From NCBI GenBank assembly GCA_049412325.1, contig JBMSEL010000001.1:15742-79741 (forward strand): a stretch of DNA of 64,000 nt, given 5' to 3'. This DNA is from Poseidonia sp. (GTDB lineage Archaea; Thermoplasmatota; Poseidoniia; Poseidoniales; Poseidoniaceae). This document shows positions 55,603 through 64,000 of the stretch, in pieces (position 1 is the first letter of the stretch; the number at the start of each line of letters is the position of its first letter). A model generated the notes under the pieces. It made no database searches. It was not told the DNA's origin and saw only the letters and a list, made by a program, of their open reading frames with translations. A program made the position numbers and the translations under genes.

Positions 55603-56335
55603 CGTGCGGCCCCACAGTGGACCACGTGCCTTCGTCGGTAAAATGTTGGGACAGCAAGGCTTGACAAGCGGCTGAGAGGGCCCGAGCCTTGCCGAGCGTC
55701 ACGCCGTCGAGGCTGCTGACATGACATACGCCCATGCCGGTGCCAACCAACACCAATTCGGCACACCGAGCCACCGTACGTTCGTTCAATTTCCCCTTGA
55801 CCACGGGGAGACCGGCATCTGGGAGCCATCGTTCCAGTTGTTTGGCGACCACGCCGTCCACCCCACCGTCCTCATCGGGTGCCATCCACACGGTGCCGTC
55901 TTCATCCAGGACGAGCGGTGTGGCGCGATCACCATCGACGATGGCGTATTCATGAACGAGAAGTGCAGCGTCACAACCGGAGGCTTCTGCGGTCTGTTTG
56001 GCCAGCATGTAAGCGTCCCAATCCCCATGCTTGGTGCCGTTGGTTCGATCATTCCATCGTGGAGCAGGGACCGAAACCGCATCAACATCTTCGTTTCGAA
56101 CACCGAGTGGGCGAACCGAAACGGTCCAACCCTCACCGGTGAATCCAACCCGCGCAAGCGACAAAGGCGAGGTTGATGAGACCTTGATCTCGGGGTCTGC
56201 ATCCGGTAAGGTGAGACGGAGCCGTTGCGCATGCTCGCTCAACCGTTGCCGGTGGGCAGGCCAATCGGCCACCTCCCCATGCTCGTTGACCAGCACCGTG
56301 GTGAACACCTCGGAACGGGGGCCGCTTGATGCCAT
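55574..56335 (-). CDS. pabC: class IV aminotransferase-fold protein, probable aminodeoxychorismate lyase
   Basis: GTKHGDWDAYMLAKQTAEASGCDAALLV is the fold-type IV PLP-Lys region. It overlaps the pabB start by 29 nt. Confidence 0.7.
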   Translation of the reverse strand: MASSGPRSEVFTTVLVNEHGEVADWPAHRQRLSEHAQRLRLTLPDADPEIKVSSTSPLSLARVGFTGEGWTVSVRPLGVRNEDVDAVSVPAPRWNDRTNGTKHGDWDAYMLAKQTAEASGCDAALLVHEYAIVDGDRATPLVLDEDGTVWMAPDEDGGVDGVVAKQLERWLPDAGLPVVKGKLNERTVARCAELVLVGTGMGVCHVSSLDGVTLGKARALSAACQALLSQHFTDEGTWSTVGPHDVATRDGHR

Positions 56336-56344
56336 GGGAAGGCC

Positions 56345-59300
56345 TCACAGTAAGTCGTCGAGGAAGGAGGTGTCAATTTCGGGCATGCGGGGCGCAGCCG
56401 CAGGCTCGTCGAGCAGCCCGTCCAGCAGGGAGGGGTCAACCTGCGGCTGAAGCACCGGTTGGCTTGGTTGGTAGGCGGGCCGTCCGTAATCTTGGCTTTG
56501 GATGCGGTTCGCTGCAGCGTAGATGTCGTCAGCCTGTTGGGGCGAAATGCCCGGAGGTGGTGCGGGCGTGGCGGTGGGCGGTGCAGGTGGCGCAGCCGAT
56601 GCGGGTGTGTCCCAGCTCGTGTCTTGGATGCCCCAAGTGGCTTCTTGAAGTTCCCAGTTCTTGGAACGCCGGGTTGAATTTCCACGAGCCCGAACGACGA
56701 GCACCAAGAGCATGACAACGATGATGAACATGCCTGCTGCAATGAGGTTCGGTGTGGTGAGCAACGATTCGAGGGTCAATTGTCCGTCGTCCTTGACACC
56801 ATCCGTCGTTGCACCAGTTCCGTCAAGAGCGCTCAACTTGACCGATTCAACCGTGGACTTTGCGACCGTTTCATCGTAGGGCACGACACCGAGATAGTAG
56901 GCTGTGGCGTTGTTGAGGCCCTCGTATTCGTCGGTCGTGATCTGGAAGGAATTCGCCGAAACCGTCTGTCCAACCATGGTGGCTTCGTCGGTTGACGTGA
57001 ACATTTCTTCGCTGATGTAGATGTGGTAGCCTCGAACATTGGCGTCGACGGAATGCTCCCATTCAACGAAGATGCTTGTTTGCTCAAACCATTCTGCGCT
57101 CACCTTGGCGATATCGGGCAGGTACACGCCCGGGTCGGTGATGCCCTCGTCGGTGGCGCTGGCCGAGACCATGGTGAGCATGTCGGTGTGGGCGTTGCCC
57201 GCCGAGTCCACCACGACCACAGCCACCCAGACATTTTGACCGGTGATGACGGGTAGGTCGCCAGCGATGATGTCGATGACCAGTGGTAGACTTGGCGTCC
57301 TATCGAGCGTTGCAATCGGGTTGAGGGCCATTTGGGTGCCTTGCTGTCCAACTGAACCTTCGAAGTTGTAGGTCTCTGCGTAGACGAGGTATTCCCGGAC
57401 ATCATCTGCTTCGGAGAGGTCGAAGGAGAGCAGCAAAGCGCTGCCATCGTCGTTGGGACGGTCGGTCAGCGTCAGGTCGCTTAACCGGTCAGGGGCCGTG
57501 TTATCGTTGACGTTGTCCACGGGCGTGACGCTGACTTGTGTCAAGTCGGTCAGGTGGACGTTTCCTCGCAAGTCGTGAACGGTGACCACCACGAAGTACT
57601 CCACATCCGCTTGGATCAAACCTGGTACACCATCGGCGAGCGTTCCACCTTCTGGAACGACCAGGGCCGTTGAGAGGGTGAGTTGAATGGGGTTGGTTCG
57701 CTCGTCGATCCACTGCTTGTTGAACGAGAAGCATCCGCAGGCTTCAGGGTTGCTTCCAAAAGCCGCGTAGGCAGTGGAGAGGTCTTCAACGGGAGCATTT
57801 GAAATCCACACCGTGTACGATGCGAAATCTTCCACGGTCGATGGCTCCCACACCACATCGATGGCACTGCCGTCGTCGTCGGGGTGGTCGAAGGCCATCA
57901 GTGAGGTGATGCGAGGGGGCGTGCCGCCCTGGCCCACGATGTTTTGCAACGGTGCAGCGGCAACAAGCAACACGTCGTTGGTGTTGCCGTTCAGCCAGAC
58001 GTCGTACGCGACGACGCCCACGGTGTAGATCTGTCCGTCGATGAGCGGAACACCGTCCAGGGATGACACGATGGTCGTGTTTTCATCGCACGGGTTGATG
58101 ACTGCGGCTTGGGAGAACCCTTCCAGAACATCCACGCCGATTGCAGCATCGGTCGCTGTATGGTCGCCCTGCTTCATGTAGACCGTGTAAAATGCACAAT
58201 CCTCAGCCTCGCTGACATTCCAACTCACGACCAATCGGCCACCTTCGTCGTTGGGTACATCGCTCACCGTTGTGCCCGTGATGGGGTCTGGGGCGTCGTT
58301 GTCGTTGAGTTCACCCGTGGGGACCACAGGGCCCACCACGGTGACGTTGGACAGGTTTTCCTGACCTGCTTGGTCAACGCACGTGAATCCGATCCACACC
58401 GGGACGCCGGGGGTTTGCTGGATCACCGACTGGTTCCCCTCGTTGGGGACGTAGGAGGTGAACGGCGTTCGTCCCAATGCATCCACCATCGGCGAGGTCG
58501 AGACGTAGACGTTGGTCGACGCCAAATCCAGCGCCGTGCATCGTGCCCATTCGAGTTCGATATCACCGTCATCACCGCTGCTACCGAGCGCTCCAGCACT
58601 GGCCCAAAGGGGTGCACCTGGAATCTCATCGCTTGGAGATGCCGGACCAAACGGAGCAGAGACCTTGCCCCAGCGCCCATCGGTGTACTCAACCACGGCC
58701 ACGGCATAGTAATCGGTACCGTCCATGAGCGGTGCACCGTTGGCGGTCTCAATGTCTGCACTCAATCGGCTGTGGAGGGAGACGGCTTTGTCAGGGGTCT
58801 GTCCGAGGAGTTGGAGTTCGGTTGGCGCCGTGGTCCAAGGGCCTTCGTTGAGGAAGATGAGGTAGCGTGCGAAATCTTCGTCGTGAACGAGGGACCACGA
58901 TGCGGTGAGGACGCCACCGCCGTCGTCAGGACGGTCAATCAAGCCCTGAACTGCCACCGGCGTGTCGCTTCGAACATAATCGTAGGTCAACCTGACCTCA
59001 AGCGAGCCGTTGCTGGGCGAGAAGAGTCGCAGCGCCACGTGCCGAGTGTTGTCGTAGAGTTGGCCGGTGTCGACCGCATCTTGCAGGTTGAGCGCAAGGG
59101 CGGGGTCCTCACTGAGGTTCAGCGTGACATCGTACTGCAGGGCGACCGATTTAGCCCACACCGCAGCCCCCGTCGACGGAGACGTCATGACAACGGGGAC
59201 GTTTTGGAAGAGCAAACCGTGGATCCCAGGTGTTCCTTGCGTGGCGTCCAACGAAAAGGGCGCCGTGGGGTCAACCAGGTCGATTTGCATCCCCGGATGG

Positions 59301-62300
59301 GTCATGTCACTGATGTTCATGCCGCCACCGTTGCCCATGGCCCGAACCGTGAGCGGGAGGGCGCGTCGCATGGAGGTGGATTCAATCGAGGTGAACTGGC
59401 CGTTTCGCTCCCAGCCGAGCAATCCTTCTTCGGTGATCGCCCAAATGTGATTCGCACCCAGTGTACCGGTGACAAGGCCAACCGCCCCAAGGGATGTTGT
59501 GTATGCGTGAGCAGGTGTGCGTGCTTCACTGAGCAACAGGTTGTTCCTCGAACCGACCGACAGGAGTTCATCCCCGTCGCTGACCATGTGAACGATGGGG
59601 TACTGAAGTTGAAGCGAGGATGTGCCGTCTTCAAAGTCCCCGCTCGAGGCGTTCCAATGGGTCAATGGACCCACGTCGGTGGCCATGTGGAGGCCCCACC
59701 AGTCAGCGGTCAAGGCCGTCACTGTGTTGGACGGGAGCTGGTCAAAGCGATGTGTGGAGATGACTTGCTGGGTGGACGGGTTGACGAGGCTCACGCCGGG
59801 TCGGTCAGCGCCGCGTCCGTCGTGGCTGACGATGAGCGTCGAGGTGCCCACGGAGGAGGTTGTCAGGGCCAATCCCCACGTCGATTGTCCCATCAGGCCG
59901 TTGCTGGTGGTCATCGTTGTGCCGCTTTGCGCCGATGGATCCCACACGAAGAGTCCGGCGGGCGTGGCCATGTAGACGAGGTTGCCAAAGGCGAGCACGT
60001 CTTCGACCACGTCGGTTGGTAGGCCATTGAACGTCGTGATGGAATCCATCCAATCGTTGGTGGAATAGTTCCAACGGCCGATGCCGCCATCGGTGGCGAT
60101 GTAAAGGATGTCAGTGGTCTCGGCGAAGCCGTTCACGATGTTGGAGGGCAAGCCTGCGATGAGGCGACCGTTGCCGAATTGAGAGGTCAAGGGGTTGAAC
60201 ATTTGAACGCCCGGTGGACTTCCACCATCACCAGCGAGCCCGATGACGAGTTGATTGTTGTAGGTGTGCATCGTATCGAACTTGCCGTGGAGCGAGCCGC
60301 CCACCGCTGAAATCGTACGAGTGGTGGTGTCGAGTTTGAGCATACCACCGGGGTTGGTGGCGATGAAGAGGTCTGTGCCATGCAAGTGGAAATCGCTGGC
60401 CACCGTGTTGCCGGGGAGCGTCCAACCGTATTCCCACTCAACCGTTCCGTTGGGTGAGAACGTCCCTTGGAGCAAGCCGGTACCGGTGCCGCCAAAGTTT
60501 CCTGTGGTGGCGGATGAACCGGTTGAAACCCAGAGATGGGTGGCGTTAGCCACCATCGTGGGTACTTGGCCGCTGACGAGCCCGGGGAGGTCCACGACCG
60601 TTTGTCGTCCAGAAGACGAGAGCGTGGCGACTTCGCTGTAGCCGGATGAGCCACCTGCACGGCCGATGAGCCATTCGGACGAACCATTGAGCCATTGCAA
60701 GGAGGTAACGGGTGATCCTGCACCCTGGATTTGTGCCTGCAGAGCGGTAGCGCCGCTGGCCACCAAGGTCGAATATCCGCCGGCGATGAGGTTCGGACCT
60801 GAGTTTCCAACAGCGTGTCCGACGATGAGTTGTGTGCCCGAATGGGAGAGCGCATCGTACCACACCCGGTCGCTCGGGAGGTTGTGGCTTGCGGTGGTCA
60901 AACTGGAGATGAAGCCCGAGGTGGCGTAGCTGTAGCGGCTGATGGGCTGGTTGTCGTTGTAATAGCCGATGTAGAGGGTGTCTTGATTGTCGCAGGTTAC
61001 GGATGCGGGGGCGGTCCCGTCGAGTTGACTGCGGTCAAAGCCTGAGTTGACCGTGGCGTTCTGCAAGTCGATGCGAGCAATACCGCCGTTGTTGTTGTAC
61101 ATGGCGATGTTGAGCATGCCGCCACACATCTCCATAGAAATAGGATAGCCGTCGGGAATGTTGTTGTTGGAATCAGCGGGGTAGGATGTCCACGCACCGG
61201 CACCGTTTCGATGTGAGATGATGCCTTCTCTGAACTGGCCGAAGTTGGTGAAATCAGCACCTCCGACAACCAGGTGGGTGCCATCGGTCCACAACTCGTA
61301 GAAGATGTCCCCGGCGTTGCTTGGTAGGCCGTTCCCGGCATACCATGTGGTGTTCCATGTGTTCGTGTTTTCGTTGTAGCGCGCAACACCGCCTTCGGTG
61401 GCGAACAAGGTCTCTCCGTTGTGCTCAACGATGCCCCGGATGGGGAGTTCAAAGGTCGTCCATTCGTTCACGAGGTTTTGGTTGCTGTCGTAAAGTTCCA
61501 ATTTCAACTCGCCCCAAGAGACCCACGTGTTGCCGTTGGAAGATTCGTAGGTCGTGACGCGATCAATGGATCCGGTTGGTAGAATGTTTTCTTCCCAAGT
61601 TGAAGTGGTGGTGTTCCATCGGGCGATGCCCCCTGAACCATCGCTGTTCCACCATTGACCCGAAACGACGCTGACCATCAGCGTGTCACCGGACATTTCC
61701 ATGCTGACGATGTCGCCACCGTTTTCTCCTACTCGTGCGCCGATGTCCAGATTGCTGGGGTCGGTCAAATTGGCGACATCAAGTCGACTGACTTCATCGC
61801 TTGAGGTGCCAGCGTGGTAGTAGAGGATGTTGTTGTGAATGAGCATGTCGCGAGGCGCACCGTTGGCGTTGTAGAGGCTGCTCGAGCGTTCGATGTCGTA
61901 GGCTTCGCCGCCGGTGGTGACATTGATGAGTTGGAACCCGTCATCGCCACCGACCCAAAGGAGGTTTGGTCGGATGTCTGCCACGAGCCCGGTCACATCG
62001 TCGTTGCCACCGTCGAGCACGCCATTGTCCTCGGTGAAGGGGACAAGCCACTGGTTTGAGGTGATGTTGTAGCGGAGTACGCCAAGTCCCTCGGTGCCGA
62101 TGTAAGCGATGTCGCCCATGATCTCGACCACGGCGTTGCCCGTTTGGGTGCCTTGGCCCCAATTCTCGTCGTGTTGGAAGTTGGATTTCGTGATGAGGCC
62201 CACGCCTGAATTGGTCCCGCCGTAGACGTAGGAGGCGTCGACGCCCACGCTGTAGGTAGCCCAGTTGGGCATCCCGTCGTACACGTTTTGGCAGTCATCG

Positions 62301-64000
62301 ATGCTCAAGCTGGAGAGGTCGTACTTGCACACACCGATGTTGGTGCCGGCGTAAAAGTCGCTTCCGTCGATTTCGAAATCAAAGAATTGGCTGGGCCGGG
62401 TTTGCCAAGACGAACCACCTTGCCCGAAGGAAGTGGCGGTGGTCCCGTCCCACTTTCGAGCGCCTTGTTGGGTGCCGATGTAGAGGTTGCTTCCATCGGA
62501 TTCCAGCGCGTAAATTTGGTCTGATGGAAGGATGCCGCCACGGTTGCCGGCCGTGAGGGGTGCGAGGATTTCACCGGTGCTGAGGTCTTTTCGCACCACG
62601 CCAAAGCCTTGCAGGCCAAGGTGGAGGATGTCGCCGACCATAGCAACTGGCGCATTGTTCACGCCGTTGATGCCAGTGGACCCCCACGGCTCGAGCCAGG
62701 TGTCGTTGGTGATGTCGTAGCGCAGCACGCCTTTGTCTTCGGTGGCCATGTAAGCCGTCGTATCGACAAGAGCAACATCGCCGACGAAGGACGTTGGAAG
62801 GCCGTTGGTGGTGTCGTAGGACGTGCATGTTCCGGTTGTTCGGTCAAAGTGGACGAACACGCCGCTTTCGAGAGAGAGGACGAGATGGTCATCGTTGGCG
62901 GCGATGCTCAAAATATTAGCCGTCGAGGGGTAACAACCGCTGGTGCCGTCAAAGGTTTGAACGCTGTTTCCGCTGGTGTCCATCTCTTCGACGACGGGGT
63001 TACCTTCCATGGCGAACAACAGCGTCGTCGCTCCCTGAGAGGTCGGTGCGGCGACGATGTGCATCACGTTGTCCGTGACCGTCCACGGTGTGAGCCAGAC
63101 CGAGTTACTGATGTCGTATCGCATGACGAGCATGGAGTTGTCCGCCGAACCGATGTAGAGCACGTTGTCAACTTCGACCAAACCGGTCATTTCGTCGGTG
63201 GCTGGCGCACTGGCGAGCAACAGTTCACCTTCAACGAACGGGGATTGGTTTGGTGAGAGGTGAATCAGATTCCCGCTGCCATCATCCACCAGCAAGGCGT
63301 CGTTGGCGGGTGAAGCACCGCCAGCGGAGGGCCAGCTGACGAGCGAAGCGCCTTCGTTGGCCAACCCCAAGGTTGCGAGGTCATAGGTCGTGCTGAACAC
63401 ACCGTTGGTGGTGTTGTAGGAGTGCAAGTCCTCCCCAGCGAGGATGTACAACGTTGGACCAACGCGTTCGACCCCGGTCACGGTGTCGCTCGAAAGCCAG
63501 TTGGCCGAGGTCCAGGTTGAGAGCCAAAAGCCCGCAGCGTAGTCAAACCGGGCCAAGCCATTGTCCGAGGAGCCCAGCAGAAGTTGGTTGCCCGAGACGG
63601 TCATGTGCGTGATGCTGTCGGAGTGCAGGGTGTTGGCTGAACTCCAAGAGGAAAGGGCATTGGAGGCCGTTGTGTCGTAGCGGAGTACACCCACGCCCTC
63701 GATGGCAGCGTAGACCACGCCGGCCACTTCGATCATCGACAAGGCCTGCGTGCCGCCGTCGGTGGAGGACACCGAGGCGACGGAATTCCAGGTTGAACCG
63801 TCCCATTTCACCATGCCAAGCCCGTTGGCGGCATAGACATCGCCGTTGCTGGCCATGAGGAATTGGTCCACGTTTCCATCACCAAGGGCGGGTTGGTCGG
63901 AACTGTCGACCAGAGAGATGGCCCGGAAGGTGCCGTCGGCCAACAGAAGGTGAAGCAGACCACCTGCCGTGTCCATGACCATGTCGAGCACGCCACCTTC
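56345..64000 (-). CDS. giant cell-surface protein (over 2551 aa; N-terminus beyond the window edge): many propeller-type repeats, at least 5 Fn3/Ig-like modules, TM anchor, Pro-rich cytoplasmic tail
   Basis: The frame stays open to base 64000. Recurrent G(V/I)xR(Y/W)(D/N)xxTxxW blades (GVLRYDTTASNAL, GVLRYDITNDTWL, GIARWNTTTSTWE, GVARYNENTNTWN, GIGRWNYSTNDWM). Modules such as NDEGGRLVVSWNVSEAEDCAFYTVYM. TM LIAAGMFIIVVMLLVLVV. Confidence 0.85.
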   Translation of the reverse strand, partial: EGGVLDMVMDTAGGLLHLLLADGTFRAISLVDSSDQPALGDGNVDQFLMASNGDVYAANGLGMVKWDGSTWNSVASVSSTDGGTQALSMIEVAGVVYAAIEGVGVLRYDTTASNALSSWSSANTLHSDSITHMTVSGNQLLLGSSDNGLARFDYAAGFWLSTWTSANWLSSDTVTGVERVGPTLYILAGEDLHSYNTTNGVFSTTYDLATLGLANEGASLVSWPSAGGASPANDALLVDDGSGNLIHLSPNQSPFVEGELLLASAPATDEMTGLVEVDNVLYIGSADNSMLVMRYDISNSVWLTPWTVTDNVMHIVAAPTSQGATTLLFAMEGNPVVEEMDTSGNSVQTFDGTSGCYPSTANILSIAANDDHLVLSLESGVFVHFDRTTGTCTSYDTTNGLPTSFVGDVALVDTTAYMATEDKGVLRYDITNDTWLEPWGSTGINGVNNAPVAMVGDILHLGLQGFGVVRKDLSTGEILAPLTAGNRGGILPSDQIYALESDGSNLYIGTQQGARKWDGTTATSFGQGGSSWQTRPSQFFDFEIDGSDFYAGTNIGVCKYDLSSLSIDDCQNVYDGMPNWATYSVGVDASYVYGGTNSGVGLITKSNFQHDENWGQGTQTGNAVVEIMGDIAYIGTEGLGVLRYNITSNQWLVPFTEDNGVLDGGNDDVTGLVADIRPNLLWVGGDDGFQLINVTTGGEAYDIERSSSLYNANGAPRDMLIHNNILYYHAGTSSDEVSRLDVANLTDPSNLDIGARVGENGGDIVSMEMSGDTLMVSVVSGQWWNSDGSGGIARWNTTTSTWEENILPTGSIDRVTTYESSNGNTWVSWGELKLELYDSNQNLVNEWTTFELPIRGIVEHNGETLFATEGGVARYNENTNTWNTTWYAGNGLPSNAGDIFYELWTDGTHLVVGGADFTNFGQFREGIISHRNGAGAWTSYPADSNNNIPDGYPISMEMCGGMLNIAMYNNNGGIARIDLQNATVNSGFDRSQLDGTAPASVTCDNQDTLYIGYYNDNQPISRYSYATSGFISSLTTASHNLPSDRVWYDALSHSGTQLIVGHAVGNSGPNLIAGGYSTLVASGATALQAQIQGAGSPVTSLQWLNGSSEWLIGRAGGSSGYSEVATLSSSGRQTVVDLPGLVSGQVPTMVANATHLWVSTGSSATTGNFGGTGTGLLQGTFSPNGTVEWEYGWTLPGNTVASDFHLHGTDLFIATNPGGMLKLDTTTRTISAVGGSLHGKFDTMHTYNNQLVIGLAGDGGSPPGVQMFNPLTSQFGNGRLIAGLPSNIVNGFAETTDILYIATDGGIGRWNYSTNDWMDSITTFNGLPTDVVEDVLAFGNLVYMATPAGLFVWDPSAQSGTTMTTSNGLMGQSTWGLALTTSSVGTSTLIVSHDGRGADRPGVSLVNPSTQQVISTHRFDQLPSNTVTALTADWWGLHMATDVGPLTHWNASSGDFEDGTSSLQLQYPIVHMVSDGDELLSVGSRNNLLLSEARTPAHAYTTSLGAVGLVTGTLGANHIWAITEEGLLGWERNGQFTSIESTSMRRALPLTVRAMGNGGGMNISDMTHPGMQIDLVDPTAPFSLDATQGTPGIHGLLFQNVPVVMTSPSTGAAVWAKSVALQYDVTLNLSEDPALALNLQDAVDTGQLYDNTRHVALRLFSPSNGSLEVRLTYDYVRSDTPVAVQGLIDRPDDGGGVLTASWSLVHDEDFARYLIFLNEGPWTTAPTELQLLGQTPDKAVSLHSRLSADIETANGAPLMDGTDYYAVAVVEYTDGRWGKVSAPFGPASPSDEIPGAPLWASAGALGSSGDDGDIELEWARCTALDLASTNVYVSTSPMVDALGRTPFTSYVPNEGNQSVIQQTPGVPVWIGFTCVDQAGQENLSNVTVVGPVVPTGELNDNDAPDPITGTTVSDVPNDEGGRLVVSWNVSEAEDCAFYTVYMKQGDHTATDAAIGVDVLEGFSQAAVINPCDENTTIVSSLDGVPLIDGQIYTVGVVAYDVWLNGNTNDVLLVAAAPLQNIVGQGGTPPRITSLMAFDHPDDDGSAIDVVWEPSTVEDFASYTVWISNAPVEDLSTAYAAFGSNPEACGCFSFNKQWIDERTNPIQLTLSTALVVPEGGTLADGVPGLIQADVEYFVVVTVHDLRGNVHLTDLTQVSVTPVDNVNDNTAPDRLSDLTLTDRPNDDGSALLLSFDLSEADDVREYLVYAETYNFEGSVGQQGTQMALNPIATLDRTPSLPLVIDIIAGDLPVITGQNVWVAVVVVDSAGNAHTDMLTMVSASATDEGITDPGVYLPDIAKVSAEWFEQTSIFVEWEHSVDANVRGYHIYISEEMFTSTDEATMVGQTVSANSFQITTDEYEGLNNATAYYLGVVPYDETVAKSTVESVKLSALDGTGATTDGVKDDGQLTLESLLTTPNLIAAGMFIIVVMLLVLVVRARGNSTRRSKNWELQEATWGIQDTSWDTPASAAPPAPPTATPAPPPGISPQQADDIYAAANRIQSQDYGRPAYQPSQPVLQPQVDPSLLDGLLDEPAAAPRMPEIDTSFLDDLL

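Noticed and set aside
58109-60022. 637-aa ORF on the plus strand, plus many shorter ones across 56.4-64.0 kb
   Set aside because: They are antisense to the giant surface-protein gene. The translation is Arg/Gly/Val-rich with no motifs, while the minus-strand frame has coherent repeats and runs uninterrupted for 7.6 kb.

Overview
Densely coded, GC-rich window (about 58-60% by eye). I call about 47 protein genes and one tRNA, and find no rRNA, CRISPR array, transposase or integrase. The information-processing genes are archaeal: MCM helicase, a TFB-like factor, GatE, Trm1, two Pth2-type peptidyl-tRNA hydrolases, two PAC2/Pba proteasome-chaperone paralogs, and a tRNA-Arg with a TATA box centred about 26 nt upstream. 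Mixed in are typically bacterial DNA-repair genes: NAD-dependent LigA, a DnaQ-type exonuclease, a Cas4/RecB-like nuclease and a full AddB-AddA helicase-nuclease pair. Three very large, sequon-rich, C-terminally anchored surface proteins are present, two of them cut by the window edges. The overall picture fits a planktonic euryarchaeote of the Marine Group II / Thermoplasmatota type, but that is a guess I cannot verify here. Housekeeping metabolism includes purM, ltaE, pip, psd and a fused pabB-pabA plus pabC. The most unusual item is at 49.3-52.9 kb. It is a compact operon with a TATA, a 19-nt palindrome and an SD. It encodes a CcoN/FixN-like (heme-copper oxidase subunit I) membrane protein that appears to have lost all metal-ligand histidines and carries a C-terminal EF-hand pair. 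A 90-aa membrane protein precedes it and a Ygr210-type GTPase follows. Other points worth follow-up: an orphan 787-aa His/Arg/Trp-rich protein; a beta-propeller/DUF4430 protein in an operon with an S-component-like membrane protein and tandem Pth2 genes; 4-Cys nuclease domains on both Add subunits; and peculiar cytoplasmic tails on the giant surface proteins. All family assignments come from motif reading and memory, not from searches, and many start codons are uncertain.
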